From the NCBI GenBank assembly GCA_963716745.1, contig OY970320.1, positions 2,464,001 through 2,528,000 of the forward strand: a stretch of DNA of 64,000 nucleotides, read 5' to 3'. The stretch's first letter is position 1, and each line of letters begins with the position of its first letter. The notes under the pieces are model-generated. The model searched no databases. It worked only from the letters and a program-made list of their open reading frames with translations, and had not been told where the DNA came from. Both the position numbers and the translations under genes were made by a program. Positions 33,810 through 43,589 of the stretch are shown piece after piece. The stretch comes from an uncultured Gemmatimonadaceae bacterium. GTDB taxonomy: Bacteria > Gemmatimonadota > Gemmatimonadetes > Gemmatimonadales > Gemmatimonadaceae.

Positions 33810-35253
33810 GCGCGCGCCGCCGGCGTCGCCGTCCATTCGCGGCACGAATGCACGGGCACGACTTGCCCGGATTCGCGCGCCGCGCGGGATCGAACACATC
33901 GCGCAGCCGGCACTGCGCCTCGAGCGATGCAGGCGAGAAGATGAGCGCCATGTAGTCGAGCTTGTCGAGCCCGACGCCGTGCTCGCCGGTGATCGTGCCG
34001 CCGGCGTTCACGCATGCCTGCATGATCTCGCGCATCGCCGCCTGCACGCGCGCGCTCGTGGCGGGATCGCGGCCGTCGTACGGCACATTCGGGATGCAGG
34101 TTGCCGTCGCCGGCATGGAACACGTTGCACACGGTGATGCCATGTCGGTCCGCGATCGCGCTGATGCGAGCGCAGCACGTCGGGCAAGCGCGTGCGCGGG
34201 ACCACCGCGTCCTGCACCGCGAGTGCGCTCGCGATGCGGCCCATCGCGCCGAACGCCTTCTTCCGGCCCTGCCACAGTCGCGCGCGCTCGGCGTCGTCGC
34301 TCGCGATGCGCACGCCGCGCGCGCGCGACTCTCGGCAGATCTTTTCCACGGCGCGCACGTCGGCGTCGAGCCCCGCTTCGAGTCCGTCGAGCTCGATGAG
34401 CAGCACCGCCGCCGCGTCGGCGGGGTAGCCCGCGGCGTAGATCGATGCCTCCACCGCGCGGATCGTGGGGCCGTCCATCATCTCGAGCGCCGCGGGCACG
34501 ATGCCGCTCGCGATGATCGCGCTCACGGCGCGCGCGCCGTCGTCGATCGACGTGAAGTCGGCGAGCAGGGTGCGCACCGCCGGCGGGTTCGGCGTGAGGC
34601 GCACGGTGACGTCGATCGCGACGCCGAAGCAGCCTTCGCTCCCGACGAAGGCGCCGAGCAGGTCGTAGCCCGTCGCGCTCGCCGTCGGCGCTGCCGAGCG
34701 TCACGATCTCGCCGCTGGGCAGCAGAACGCGCAGCGCGAGGACGTGATTGAGCGTCACGCCGTACTTGAGGCAGTGCGGGCCGCCGGCGTTCTCGGCCAC
34801 GTTGCCGCCGATCGTGCACGCGCTCTGGCTCGAGGGATCGGGCGCGTAGTGCAGGCCGTGCGACGCCGGCAGCGCGCGTGAGTGCGGCGTTCACCACGCC
34901 CGGCTCGACGACCGCGACGCGGTTCTCGACGTCGATCGAGAGGATGCGCGTGAGCTGTTGAGTCCGACGAGCACCGAATCGCCGTCGGCGAGCGCGCCCG
35001 CGGAGAGTCCGGTGCCCGCGCCGCGCGGCACGAGAGTGCGGCCGGCGGCGGCGAGCGCGCGCACGACAGCGACGAGCTCATCGCGCGTGCGCGGGAACAC
35101 GGCCAGCCGCGGGAGACTGCGGTGCGTGGGCAGCGCGTCGGCCGCATACACCTCGAGTTCCGCAGCGCGCGCGATCACCCCGCGCTCGCCAACGATCGCG
35201 GCGAGCGTGGCGGCGAGCGGGGTCTGATCGGTAAGCGGGGCGGCGGCGGTCAC
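33806..35253 (-). CDS. glcD: Glycolate oxidase subunit D; about 6 frameshifts
   Basis: Fragments [41 protein letters not shown] and GEHGVG are collinear across frames. Confidence 0.85.
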
Positions 35254-35266
35254 GTGGGCAATCTAT

Positions 35267-35310
35267 GACAAAACGGGCGGGAGACCGAGGTGCCGGTCTC
35301 CCGCCCGTTC
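35267..35310 (-). terminator. Terminator after the sigma factor gene
   Basis: 16-bp stem AACGGGCGGGAGACCG/CGGTCTCCCGCCCGTT, with TTTTG on the minus strand. Confidence 0.75.
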
Positions 35311-35330
35311 GTCTTGCGCCACCGAGACGA

Positions 35331-36227
35331 TTACGCCGCGGTCCAGAATCCCGCGAGCGCCGAACCGTCGGGCGACTCGCGCAGCTTCTCGAACGCCCGC
35401 TCGCGGATCTGGCGGATGCGCTCGCGCGTCACGCCCATGAGCGCGCCGATCTTCTCGAGCGTCATCGCCTCGGAGCCTTCCTCGAGCCCGTAGTAGAGAT
35501 AGAGGATCTTCCGCTCGCGCGGCGTGAGGTAGCGGCGGAACACGCGGTCGATGAACTCGCGCATCAGCTTGAAGTCGGTCACGTCCTCGATCTCGACGCC
35601 GTCCACGCCCGCGAAGCGCTCGCCCAGCGTGCTGGCTTCGCGGTCGGTGCGATCGATCGGCGCATCGAGCGAGACCTCCGTGGCCGACATCTGCTTGGAG
35701 GAGCGGACCTGCTCGGGCGACTCCTCGATGAGCCGGCCGATCTCGCTGTCGGTGGGATCGCGCTTCAGCACCTGCGCCAGGACCGTCTCGGCGCGCGAGC
35801 GAGCTGGATGAGCTGCGAGTTCTGATTGAGCGGGATGCGCACGGAGCGCGTCTGCTCGGCCAGCGCCTTGAGCACCGCCTGGCGCACCCACCACACGGCG
35901 TACGAGATGAACTTCACGCCCTGGTCGGGATCGAACTTCTGGACCGCCTTGAGGAGTCCTTCGTTCCCGATCGCGACGAGCTCGGTCAGATCGAGCCCGT
36001 GCCCCTGGTACTTCTTCACGTAGGAGATGACGAACCGGAGGTTCGCCGTGACCAGCCGCTCGGCGGCTTTCTCATCGCCCTTCTGTGCCTTGCGAGCCAG
36101 CCGGCGCTCCTCGTGCAGGATCGGTGATCAGCGGGAGCTTCTGAATGTCCTGGAGGTACTGATCGAATGCGGTGGAGGGGGAGGAACGGAAGAACCCTTT
36201 GGACCTGCTTTCGGTAGCACGCTCCAT
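35331..36227 (-). CDS. RpoD/RpoS-family sigma-70 factor lacking region 1.1; frameshifts near 36118 and 35795
   Basis: FDQYLQDI, LVTANLRFV, GNEGLLKAV.KFDP..G.KFISYAVWWVRQA and MTLEKIG..MGVTRERIRQI motifs. Confidence 0.92.
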
Positions 36228-36301
36228 AACACGTCCCATCCTGTGTGCGAGTGAGAAGCCGCTCCGCGGCTCGTCGCCAGTTTGGAAGGTCGGGGACGCG
36301 C

Positions 36302-36330
36302 AGGATAAGACGGGCTTTCTAATCGGTCAA
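36302..36330 (-). promoter_or_regulatory. Sigma70-type promoter of the sigma gene
   Basis: Minus strand TTGACC-N17-TATCCT, with an AT-richer upstream tract. Confidence 0.65.
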
Positions 36331-36464
36331 GAGTCACATTCTTATTTTCGTATCGGTGTGTGTTCGGTATTTTGGGCAGTTCGTTGCCCGATATGGGGTT
36401 GGGTGGTAAGGAATCTTTCATGATGCGCCCGCCGCGTAACGGTGGGGTTACGCGCGAGGGAACT

Positions 36465-37548
36465 TTATCCGTTCGGGAACAACTCGCGAATGGCGTCGTC
36501 GGACACCGGAATGGTCCACTCTTTTCCATGGCGCGCCATCATCCCGATGCGTTTCGGAAGGGCGAATTCCACAGTGCCGGCGCGGGATTTCTTGTCGATG
36601 TGCAGCATCGACATGATGCGCTCGGCGTCCGGCGTGGCGACTCCATCGAAGCCCGCGATATCGATCGCATCCATGAGTTGAGCGGCGGTGCCGGACTCGG
36701 CGACGCCCAGTTGCTCCGCGAGCGTCGCCTCCTGCAGCATCCCGATCGCGACGGCCTCGCCGTGGAGCAATTCGTAATCGGATCCGCGCCTCGATCGCAT
36801 GGCCGAGCGTGTGGCCGAAGTTGAGCGTCTTGCGCAGCCCGTGCTCGCGTTGGATCCGACGACACCACGGCCGCCTTGATGCGGATGCTCCCGTAGATCA
36901 GGCGGTGCATCGCGTCGCCCGCGGGGTCCTTGAACGCCTCAGGGAGATCCCCGACCGTCTTCGCGAAATAGCCCGCATCCGCTATGGCGCCATGCTTGAT
37001 CGCTTCGGCGGATCCGGAGCGAAGTTCGCGCAGCGGGAGCGTCTCGAGCGTTTCGGGATCCGCGATCACCACGCTCGGATCGTGGAACGCGCCGACGAGA
37101 TTCTTGCCGGCGTGCGTGTCCACGCCGGTCTTCCCGCCGATGCTCGCGTCGATCATCGCGAGCAGCGTGGTGGGTACCTGCACGAACGGGACGCCGCGCA
37201 TGTACGTCGCCGCGACGAACCCCGCGAGATCGCCGGTCATCCCGCCGCCGAGCGCGATGATCGCGCGAGTCGCGGCCGAATCCCGCGGCGAGCAGTTCGT
37301 CGGTGAGCCGCGCCCACTGCTCGCGCGTCTTGTTCGCCTCGCCGGCCGGCACAGTGAACAGGTCCACGCGCGCGTCGCCGAACGACGCGACGACGCGCGC
37401 GGCATAGAGCGGCGCGACGTTGGAATCGGCGACGATCGCCCATGCGGTGCGCTCTCACCGCGGCTCGCGCGATCTTGCCCACCTGGTCGATCAGCTTCCG
37501 CCCGACGTGGATCGTATACCCGCCGAGCGTGATGGTCTCGGGCTTCAC
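36465..37548 (-). CDS. aroB: 3-dehydroquinate synthase; several frameshifts
   Basis: [54 protein letters not shown] and [10 protein letters not shown] motifs. Confidence 0.9.
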
Positions 37549-38096
37549 CACGTGACTTCCGCCGCGCCGGCGCGCCGGTTGGCGACGCGGGCGAGCACGA
37601 AGAGCAGGTCCGAGAGCCGGTTGAGGTAGATGATCACGATCGGCGGCACCATGATGTCCGGGTGCTGCGCCAGCGCGATCACGCGGCGCTCGGCGCGGCG
37701 GCACACGGTGCGCGCGACGTGCAGCGCCGCGCTCTTGGGCGTGCCGCCGGGCAGGATGAACGCCTGCAGCGGCTCGAGTTCGGCCTCGCCCTCGTCGATG
37801 GCGCGCTCGAGCTCGGCGATGCGTTTCTCGTCGAGGCGCGCTTTCTCCATCTGCTGCTTCACTTTGTCGGGCTGCGGCGTCGCGAGCAGCGCGCCCAGCG
37901 AGAACAGGTCGCGCTGGATCGGCGCGAGCACTTCGTCGATGCGCGGCATCATCTCGATGGAACGCGCGAGGCCGAGCATGGCGTTGAGTTCGTCCACGTC
38001 GCCATACGCTTCGACGCGCGGATGGTCCTTGGAGACGCGGCCGCCGCCGAAGAGGCCGGTGTCGCCTTTGTCGCCTGTTTTCGTGTAGATCTTCAT
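37545..38096 (-). CDS. pduO: ATP:cob(I)alamin adenosyltransferase, PduO type
   Basis: [37 protein letters not shown] and YLNRLSD motifs. Confidence 0.95.
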   Translation of the reverse strand: MKIYTKTGDKGDTGLFGGGRVSKDHPRVEAYGDVDELNAMLGLARSIEMMPRIDEVLAPIQRDLFSLGALLATPQPDKVKQQMEKARLDEKRIAELERAIDEGEAELEPLQAFILPGGTPKSAALHVARTVCRRAERRVIALAQHPDIMVPPIVIIYLNRLSDLLFVLARVANRRAGAAEVTW

Positions 38097-39154
38097 CCGA
38101 GCATCCGGCGCCACGTGCGCGAGAACCAGTTCTCGCGTTCGCCGCCGCGCCGCAGGCCGAAGCGGAAATTCGAGAAGCGCGTCTTCTCGTCGTTTGCGAC
38201 CGACGGCGGCGAATAGCTCGCGGGGAAGATCAGCGCGAGATGCTCCTGCAGTTTGTCCGGCGTCGCGACCACCGACTGCGCCGCGCACCAGTCGTCGAGC
38301 GCGCGTCCCATCTTCGCGGCGGTCGGGCGCTTGGCCGGATCCCTCGCGAGCGCCGAGTTCAAGATCGCCTCGATCGCCTGCGGGATGTTGGGGAGCGTCT
38401 CGCGGATGTCGGGCAACGGCCGCCACGTCACCTCGTCGATCAGCAGCTCGGTGGCGTCCTCGTAGAAGAGCGGCTCGAGGGTGAGCAGTTCATACAGCAC
38501 GACGCCCATGGCGAACACATCGCTGCGGCCGTCCACGTCCAGCGCGAGCAGCTGCTCGGGGCTCATGTAGTGCTTCTTGCCCATCATGAGCATCGGCGAA
38601 CTGTCCATTGGGTCGATGGACGTGCGCGCCTTCGCGATACCGAAGTCGGCGAGTTTGATGTGGCCGTCCCACGTCGCCATCACGTTGTTCGGCGACACGT
38701 CGCGGTGCACGATGTCGAGCCGCTCGCCGTCGGTGTTCACGAAATTGTGGGCGAAGTCGAGCGCGCGGCACACACGGCTCGCGATGTACACGGCCTGCAC
38801 TTCGGGGATCGGCGTGCCGAGTTCGCGGTGCCGCTCGATCACCATGCGCAGCGTCGGGCCCTTGATGAACTCCATCGACATGTAGTACTGCCCATCCACT
38901 TCGCCGAGCTGGTAGATCTGCACGATGTTACCGTGCACGAGGTTGGCGGAGAGACGCGCTTCGTCGATGAACAGCTGGAGCCAGGTCTGCTCCTTCGCGT
39001 AATGCGGATGGATCACCTTGAGCGCGATCTTCTTCGCGAAGCCCGCGGGGCCGAGATGCTCGGCTTCGTAGACGGTGGCCATGCCGCCCTGTGCGATCTT
39101 GCGCACGAGGCGGAACGCGCCCGCGTATTCCAAAACGTTGTCGTCTGAGTGCAT
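38093..39154 (-). CDS. Hanks-type Ser/Thr protein kinase, cytoplasmic, kinase domain only
   Basis: AQGGMATVY, ALK, HRDVSPNN, DFG, YMSPEQ and SDVF motifs. Confidence 0.92.
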   Translation of the reverse strand: MHSDDNVLEYAGAFRLVRKIAQGGMATVYEAEHLGPAGFAKKIALKVIHPHYAKEQTWLQLFIDEARLSANLVHGNIVQIYQLGEVDGQYYMSMEFIKGPTLRMVIERHRELGTPIPEVQAVYIASRVCRALDFAHNFVNTDGERLDIVHRDVSPNNVMATWDGHIKLADFGIAKARTSIDPMDSSPMLMMGKKHYMSPEQLLALDVDGRSDVFAMGVVLYELLTLEPLFYEDATELLIDEVTWRPLPDIRETLPNIPQAIEAILNSALARDPAKRPTAAKMGRALDDWCAAQSVVATPDKLQEHLALIFPASYSPPSVANDEKTRFSNFRFGLRRGGERENWFSRTWRRMLG

Positions 39155-39213
39155 TATATGGCAGCGATCCTTTGCCCGGTCACGACCGGGCGTCGAATTC
39201 CTCATCCCACAGC

Positions 39214-40230
39214 ATGGCGCACGAACTCAAGGACATCACCATCATCGGTGCCGGTCCCACCGGACTCTTCGGTGCCTTCTATGCCGGCATGCGCGGTGTG
39301 TCCGCGCGGATCGTCGATGCGCTCCCCGAACTCGGCGGGCAGCTCGTGGCGCTCTATCCCGAGAAGTACATCTTCGATGTCGCCGGCTTTCCGAAGATCC
39401 TGGCCAAGGACTTGGTCCGCAACCTCGCGGAACAGGCCGGCCAGTTCCATCCCGACATCCAATTGAACCAGCGCGTGGTCTCTCTGGAAGAGGACGGGGG
39501 GCACTTCACGCTCGTCACGGAAACAGAGCGGCTCCCGACCCGGGCGATCATCATCGCGGCCGGGATCGGCGCCTTCTCGCCGCGCGCACTGCCGGCGCCG
39601 TCGGCCGCCGAGTGGTACGGGCGGGGCATCCACGACCGCGTGACCGATCCGGGGCGCTTCCGCGGCCAGCGGGTGCTGATCGTGGGCGGCGGCGACTCGG
39701 CGTTCGACTGGGCGCATCATCTGCTCGACGTCGCCGACCATGTGACGCTCGTGCATCGCAGCGATCGGTTCCGCGCGCATGACCACACCGTGCAGCAGGT
39801 GCGGAAGGCCGAGGCGATGGGGCGCACGTCGATCCTGACGTTCCATGAGCTGGTGAGCGTGCACGGCGAGAACGGCCGCGTCACGAGCGTGGTGCTCAGA
39901 GACACGAAGTCCAAGGCTGAGCGCTCGCTCGACGTGGATTCGATACTCCCCATGCTCGGCTTCGTGAGCGACCTCGGCGCGATCACCGAGTGGGGGCTGA
40001 ACCTGGTGAAGGATGAGATCGTGGTGGGCCCGACGATGGATACGGGGCGGCCGGGGATCTATGCGGCAGGCGACGTCGTGTCGTATCCCGGCAAGCTCAA
40101 GCTGATCGCGACGGGATTCGGCGAGGCGAGCACCGCGGTGAACCAGGCCGTGCATTGGATCTATCCCGAGAAGAAGATCAATCCGGGACACAGCTCGAAC
40201 ATGGCTCTCTTTGGACAGAAAGATGATTGA
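39214..40230 (+). CDS. TrxR-type ferredoxin/flavodoxin-NADP+ reductase
   Basis: IIGAGPTG, GGQLVALYPEKYIFDVAGFP, GGGDSA, HRSDRFRAH and YPGKLKLIATGFGE motifs; no CxxC. Confidence 0.9.
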   Translation: MAHELKDITIIGAGPTGLFGAFYAGMRGVSARIVDALPELGGQLVALYPEKYIFDVAGFPKILAKDLVRNLAEQAGQFHPDIQLNQRVVSLEEDGGHFTLVTETERLPTRAIIIAAGIGAFSPRALPAPSAAEWYGRGIHDRVTDPGRFRGQRVLIVGGGDSAFDWAHHLLDVADHVTLVHRSDRFRAHDHTVQQVRKAEAMGRTSILTFHELVSVHGENGRVTSVVLRDTKSKAERSLDVDSILPMLGFVSDLGAITEWGLNLVKDEIVVGPTMDTGRPGIYAAGDVVSYPGKLKLIATGFGEASTAVNQAVHWIYPEKKINPGHSSNMALFGQKDD

Positions 40231-40237
40231 GCTGAGG

Positions 40238-40297
40238 GTGCATCGGGCATCGTGCGTCGTGCATCGGCCGAGGCACGACGCACGATGCCCGATGCAC
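40238..40297. repeat. Near-perfect 60-bp heptamer palindrome (GCATCGG/GCGTCGT units)
   Basis: Perfect 25-bp arms 40238-40262 and 40273-40297 around ATCGGCCGAG. Confidence 0.9.
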
Positions 40298-40305
40298 GCC
40301 CGCAC

Positions 40306-41214
40306 ATGAGTTTCATCCTCTGCGCGAACACCGATGATGGCACGACGAGGATCGTGCGCGATGCGCTCGGCGGCGCGGGGCACGAGACCGTGGCCGTCAC
40401 CGGCGGCACCTTCGCGCTGAGCGCGATCCAGGAGCGCGAGCCGGAATTGCTCGTGATCGGCGATGCCGGCGGCATCGAGCTGTGCCGCGCAGTGAAGCTC
40501 AATCCGTTCACCGCGCGGATCCCGGTGCTCATGCTCACGGGCGAGGGGGACATCGCGCACAAGGAGGCGGCCTTCGAAGCGGGCGCCGACGATTCGATGA
40601 GCGTGCCCTTCGATCCGCGCGAACTCCGCGTGCGCGTGGTGGCGCTGCTTCGTCTCGTGCGCCGCGAGGGCGACCGGAATCCCACGAGCGGGCTCCCCGG
40701 CGGGAAGGCGATCGAGGAGGAGATCTCGCGGCGCGCCGCGCTGCGCATCCCGTTCGCGCTGTGCTACCTCGATCTCGACCACTTCAAGCCGTTCGCCGAC
40801 ACGTTCGGCTTCACGGCCGCCGACGCGGTCATTCGCGAGCTCGGTCTCGCGATCCGTGCCGCGGTGGAGGCATGCGGCGCGCCCGGTGACTTCGTTGGCC
40901 ACATTGGCGGCGACGATTTCCTCGCGGTGACGGGCGACGCGGCGGCGGAGTCCATCGCCAGAGAATGCGCGGCGCGATTCGTCGAGGTGGCGGCGCGCGC
41001 CGTGGGTGAGGATGCGGTGCGCCGCGGACGGTTTGCCGGTCTCGATCGCGATGGCGTGTCGCGGGAATTCCCGATCGCGCGATTGTCGGCGGCGGTGCTG
41101 CGGGTGGACCCCGCGAAGTGGGTCTCCACCGGACACATCGGGACCCTCGCCGCCGAGGTGAAGCGGCTCGCGAAACAGCGGGGGCCCGGCACTATCCTCG
41201 TGCAGGCGGTGTGA
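40306..41214 (+). CDS. Receiver + GGDEF-family protein (GGDDF)
   Basis: IPVLMLT and AGADD..VPF; NPTSGLPG, DLDHFKPF and GHIGGDDF. Confidence 0.85.
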   Translation: MSFILCANTDDGTTRIVRDALGGAGHETVAVTGGTFALSAIQEREPELLVIGDAGGIELCRAVKLNPFTARIPVLMLTGEGDIAHKEAAFEAGADDSMSVPFDPRELRVRVVALLRLVRREGDRNPTSGLPGGKAIEEEISRRAALRIPFALCYLDLDHFKPFADTFGFTAADAVIRELGLAIRAAVEACGAPGDFVGHIGGDDFLAVTGDAAAESIARECAARFVEVAARAVGEDAVRRGRFAGLDRDGVSREFPIARLSAAVLRVDPAKWVSTGHIGTLAAEVKRLAKQRGPGTILVQAV

Positions 41215-41351
41215 CGCTACTTTAGAGGGCCTCCGGGCGGCGGGGGCCCTTCTTCAACCCGGGACCGAATGGTGGACGCGCGAACCACGCGGACGCAGCA
41301 GCGAGTGTGGCACGACGCGCGGAGCGCCCGCGCGGGACGTGCGCGCGCGTG

Positions 41352-43586
41352 ATGCGTCGAACCCTCCTCGCGCTCGCGTTCCTGTCGGTCCCGGCGTTCG
41401 CCGCCGCGCAGAGCATCGAGTGCGACCTCGGCGATCGCGAGGTGCAGCACCTCCAGTGGGTCGGCAACCGGAAGTTCTCGAGTTCGGAGCTCGAGGCCGC
41501 GATCGTTACCGCGCCATCGAGCTGGCTCCGGCGGAGCCTCGGCATCCCGATCGGCGCGAAGCACTGCCTCGACACGCTCGAGGTGCAACGCGATGTGCTC
41601 CGCTTGCAGATCTACTACCGGCTGCGCGGCTACTACAACGCGAAGGTGAACGAGTCGATCACGCCGCTGAGCACCGCGGCCGTGAACGTGCGTTTCACCA
41701 TCACTGAGGGGCCGCCCACGATCGTCGACAGCATCACCGTGCTCGGCGTCGACTCGGTGCCCTTCAAGACGCAGCTGCTCAAACCATTCGAGAAATTCCG
41801 AACGCGGCCGTTCTCGCGCGTACTGCTGCAATCGCTGATCGACACGGCGGTGGTGCAACTCTGGAACAAAGGCTATCCGTACGCCGACCGTCCGCTCACG
41901 AGCTTCTCGGTGGATTCGACCACGCATCGGGCGAGCATCGAACTCACCTTCTTCCAGCGTTTCCTTGGGCAGTCGGAGCCGCTGCCGCACCAGCAGGCGC
42001 GCGTGAAGTCGATCGAGGTCGAGGCGACGCCTGGGCCCGACTCGGGGAAGGTCTCGCCGCAGACGGTGCGGAAGCTCCTGTTCATCCAGCCCGGCAAGAT
42101 CTATTCGCAGGAGGATGTGCTGGCGAGCCAGCGCGAGCTCTATTCGCTGGAGCTCGTGCGCCACGTGGATGTCACGCTGCTCCCCGATTCGGTGGAACCG
42201 AGCGACACGGCGCTCAACATGAAGGTGGTGTACACCGAGGCCGATCAGCACAGCCTCCGCTTCGGCGGCGGCTGGGCGACCTTCGACTGTTTGCGCGCTC
42301 AGATGCGATACTCGGACCGCGACCTGTTCGAGGGCGCGGAGCGATTCGACGTCAATGCGCGCCTCTCGCACATCGCACTCTGCCCGGTGAAGGTGAAGGA
42401 GGATTCTTCGAGCCAGGGGATCAATTACTACGTCTCGGGAACGCTCCGTCTGCCAACGCTGTTCGGGCCGCGCAATCAGCCGTCGGTCACGCTCTTCACG
42501 GAGCGCACGTCGGAGTACAAAGCGTATCTGCGTATCACGCCGATCGGAGGTGTGCTCGCCTTCAACCGCGACCTCGATCCGCGCGGGATCCGTCCCGGGC
42601 TGCCGCTCTCGCTGTCGGCCCGCGTCGAGTATGGCCGAACGAAGGCGCAGGCGGCGGTGTTCTGCCAATTGTTCAACGTGTGTAGTTCAGCGGACATCGC
42701 GCGCCTGCAGCAGAACAGCCTGCTCGTCGTGCTGGGCGCGGGGCTCACGCGCGACAATTCGAATTCGCTGTTGAACGCTTCCGCGGGCAGCATGCAGCGG
42801 CTCGACTTTCGCTGGGGCATGTCGGCGCAGGACACCGGAGCGCCCAGTCGCTGGACGCGGCTCCTCGGCGAGGGCGCGGTGTATCGCAGCATCGGCTCGT
42901 CGGTGCTGGCGGCGCGGCTCCAGATCGCGGGGTTGTTCGTGCCGTGGACCCTGTTCGATCCGGCGACGGAATTCGTGCCGCCGGAAGAGCGGCTGTACGC
43001 GGGCGGGCCGAACTCGGTGCGCGGCTACGGGCAGAACCTGCTCGGTCCGATCGTGTATACCGTGCTTGGCATCGACAGCAGCCAGGTCGTGGGCGGGAAC
43101 CGCGTGTACCAGACGACGACGGGAACGAGCGTGAGTCAGTACTCGGCGGCCGGAGGCAACACCTCGATCGTGGCGACGCTCGAGTGGCGCGTCACGATGC
43201 CGAAGCCATGGAACGTCGTGGAGCTGGCGGCGTTCGTGGACGCGGGATTCGTCTGGAACCGCGGCGCGATCATGGACTCAGCCGGCCACCGGATCGCCGT
43301 GAGGTTCAGCGACATCAAGTACACCCCCGGCATCGGCATCCGCTATCTTTCTCCGATCGGACCGATCCGCGTGGATTTCGCGTACAACAAGTACGGCACC
43401 GGATTCGGCGCCGCGTACTACCAGGAGCCGGTCACTCTCGATCTTCTGTGCGTGAGCCCGGGTAATACGTTCGACCGCGGTGTGGTCACGCCGGGCCAAA
43501 GCTGCCCGCTCACGTACCAGCCGAATCCGAGTCCGGGCTTTTTCCAGCATCTCCAGTTCAACTTCAGCATCGGACAGGCGTTCTAG
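41352..43586 (+). CDS. tamA: Omp85 family TamA/BamA-like protein
   Basis: Signal peptide, POTRA-like repeats, YAGGPNSVRGY, SPIGPIRVD and C-terminal SIGQAF. Confidence 0.88.
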   Translation: MRRTLLALAFLSVPAFAAAQSIECDLGDREVQHLQWVGNRKFSSSELEAAIVTAPSSWLRRSLGIPIGAKHCLDTLEVQRDVLRLQIYYRLRGYYNAKVNESITPLSTAAVNVRFTITEGPPTIVDSITVLGVDSVPFKTQLLKPFEKFRTRPFSRVLLQSLIDTAVVQLWNKGYPYADRPLTSFSVDSTTHRASIELTFFQRFLGQSEPLPHQQARVKSIEVEATPGPDSGKVSPQTVRKLLFIQPGKIYSQEDVLASQRELYSLELVRHVDVTLLPDSVEPSDTALNMKVVYTEADQHSLRFGGGWATFDCLRAQMRYSDRDLFEGAERFDVNARLSHIALCPVKVKEDSSSQGINYYVSGTLRLPTLFGPRNQPSVTLFTERTSEYKAYLRITPIGGVLAFNRDLDPRGIRPGLPLSLSARVEYGRTKAQAAVFCQLFNVCSSADIARLQQNSLLVVLGAGLTRDNSNSLLNASAGSMQRLDFRWGMSAQDTGAPSRWTRLLGEGAVYRSIGSSVLAARLQIAGLFVPWTLFDPATEFVPPEERLYAGGPNSVRGYGQNLLGPIVYTVLGIDSSQVVGGNRVYQTTTGTSVSQYSAAGGNTSIVATLEWRVTMPKPWNVVELAAFVDAGFVWNRGAIMDSAGHRIAVRFSDIKYTPGIGIRYLSPIGPIRVDFAYNKYGTGFGAAYYQEPVTLDLLCVSPGNTFDRGVVTPGQSCPLTYQPNPSPGFFQHLQFNFSIGQAF

Positions 43587-43589
43587 ACC

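Noticed and set aside
36128..36529. 133-aa ORF upstream of the sigma factor
   Set aside because: It spans the promoter region, has atypical composition and overlaps aroB and the sigma gene out of frame.
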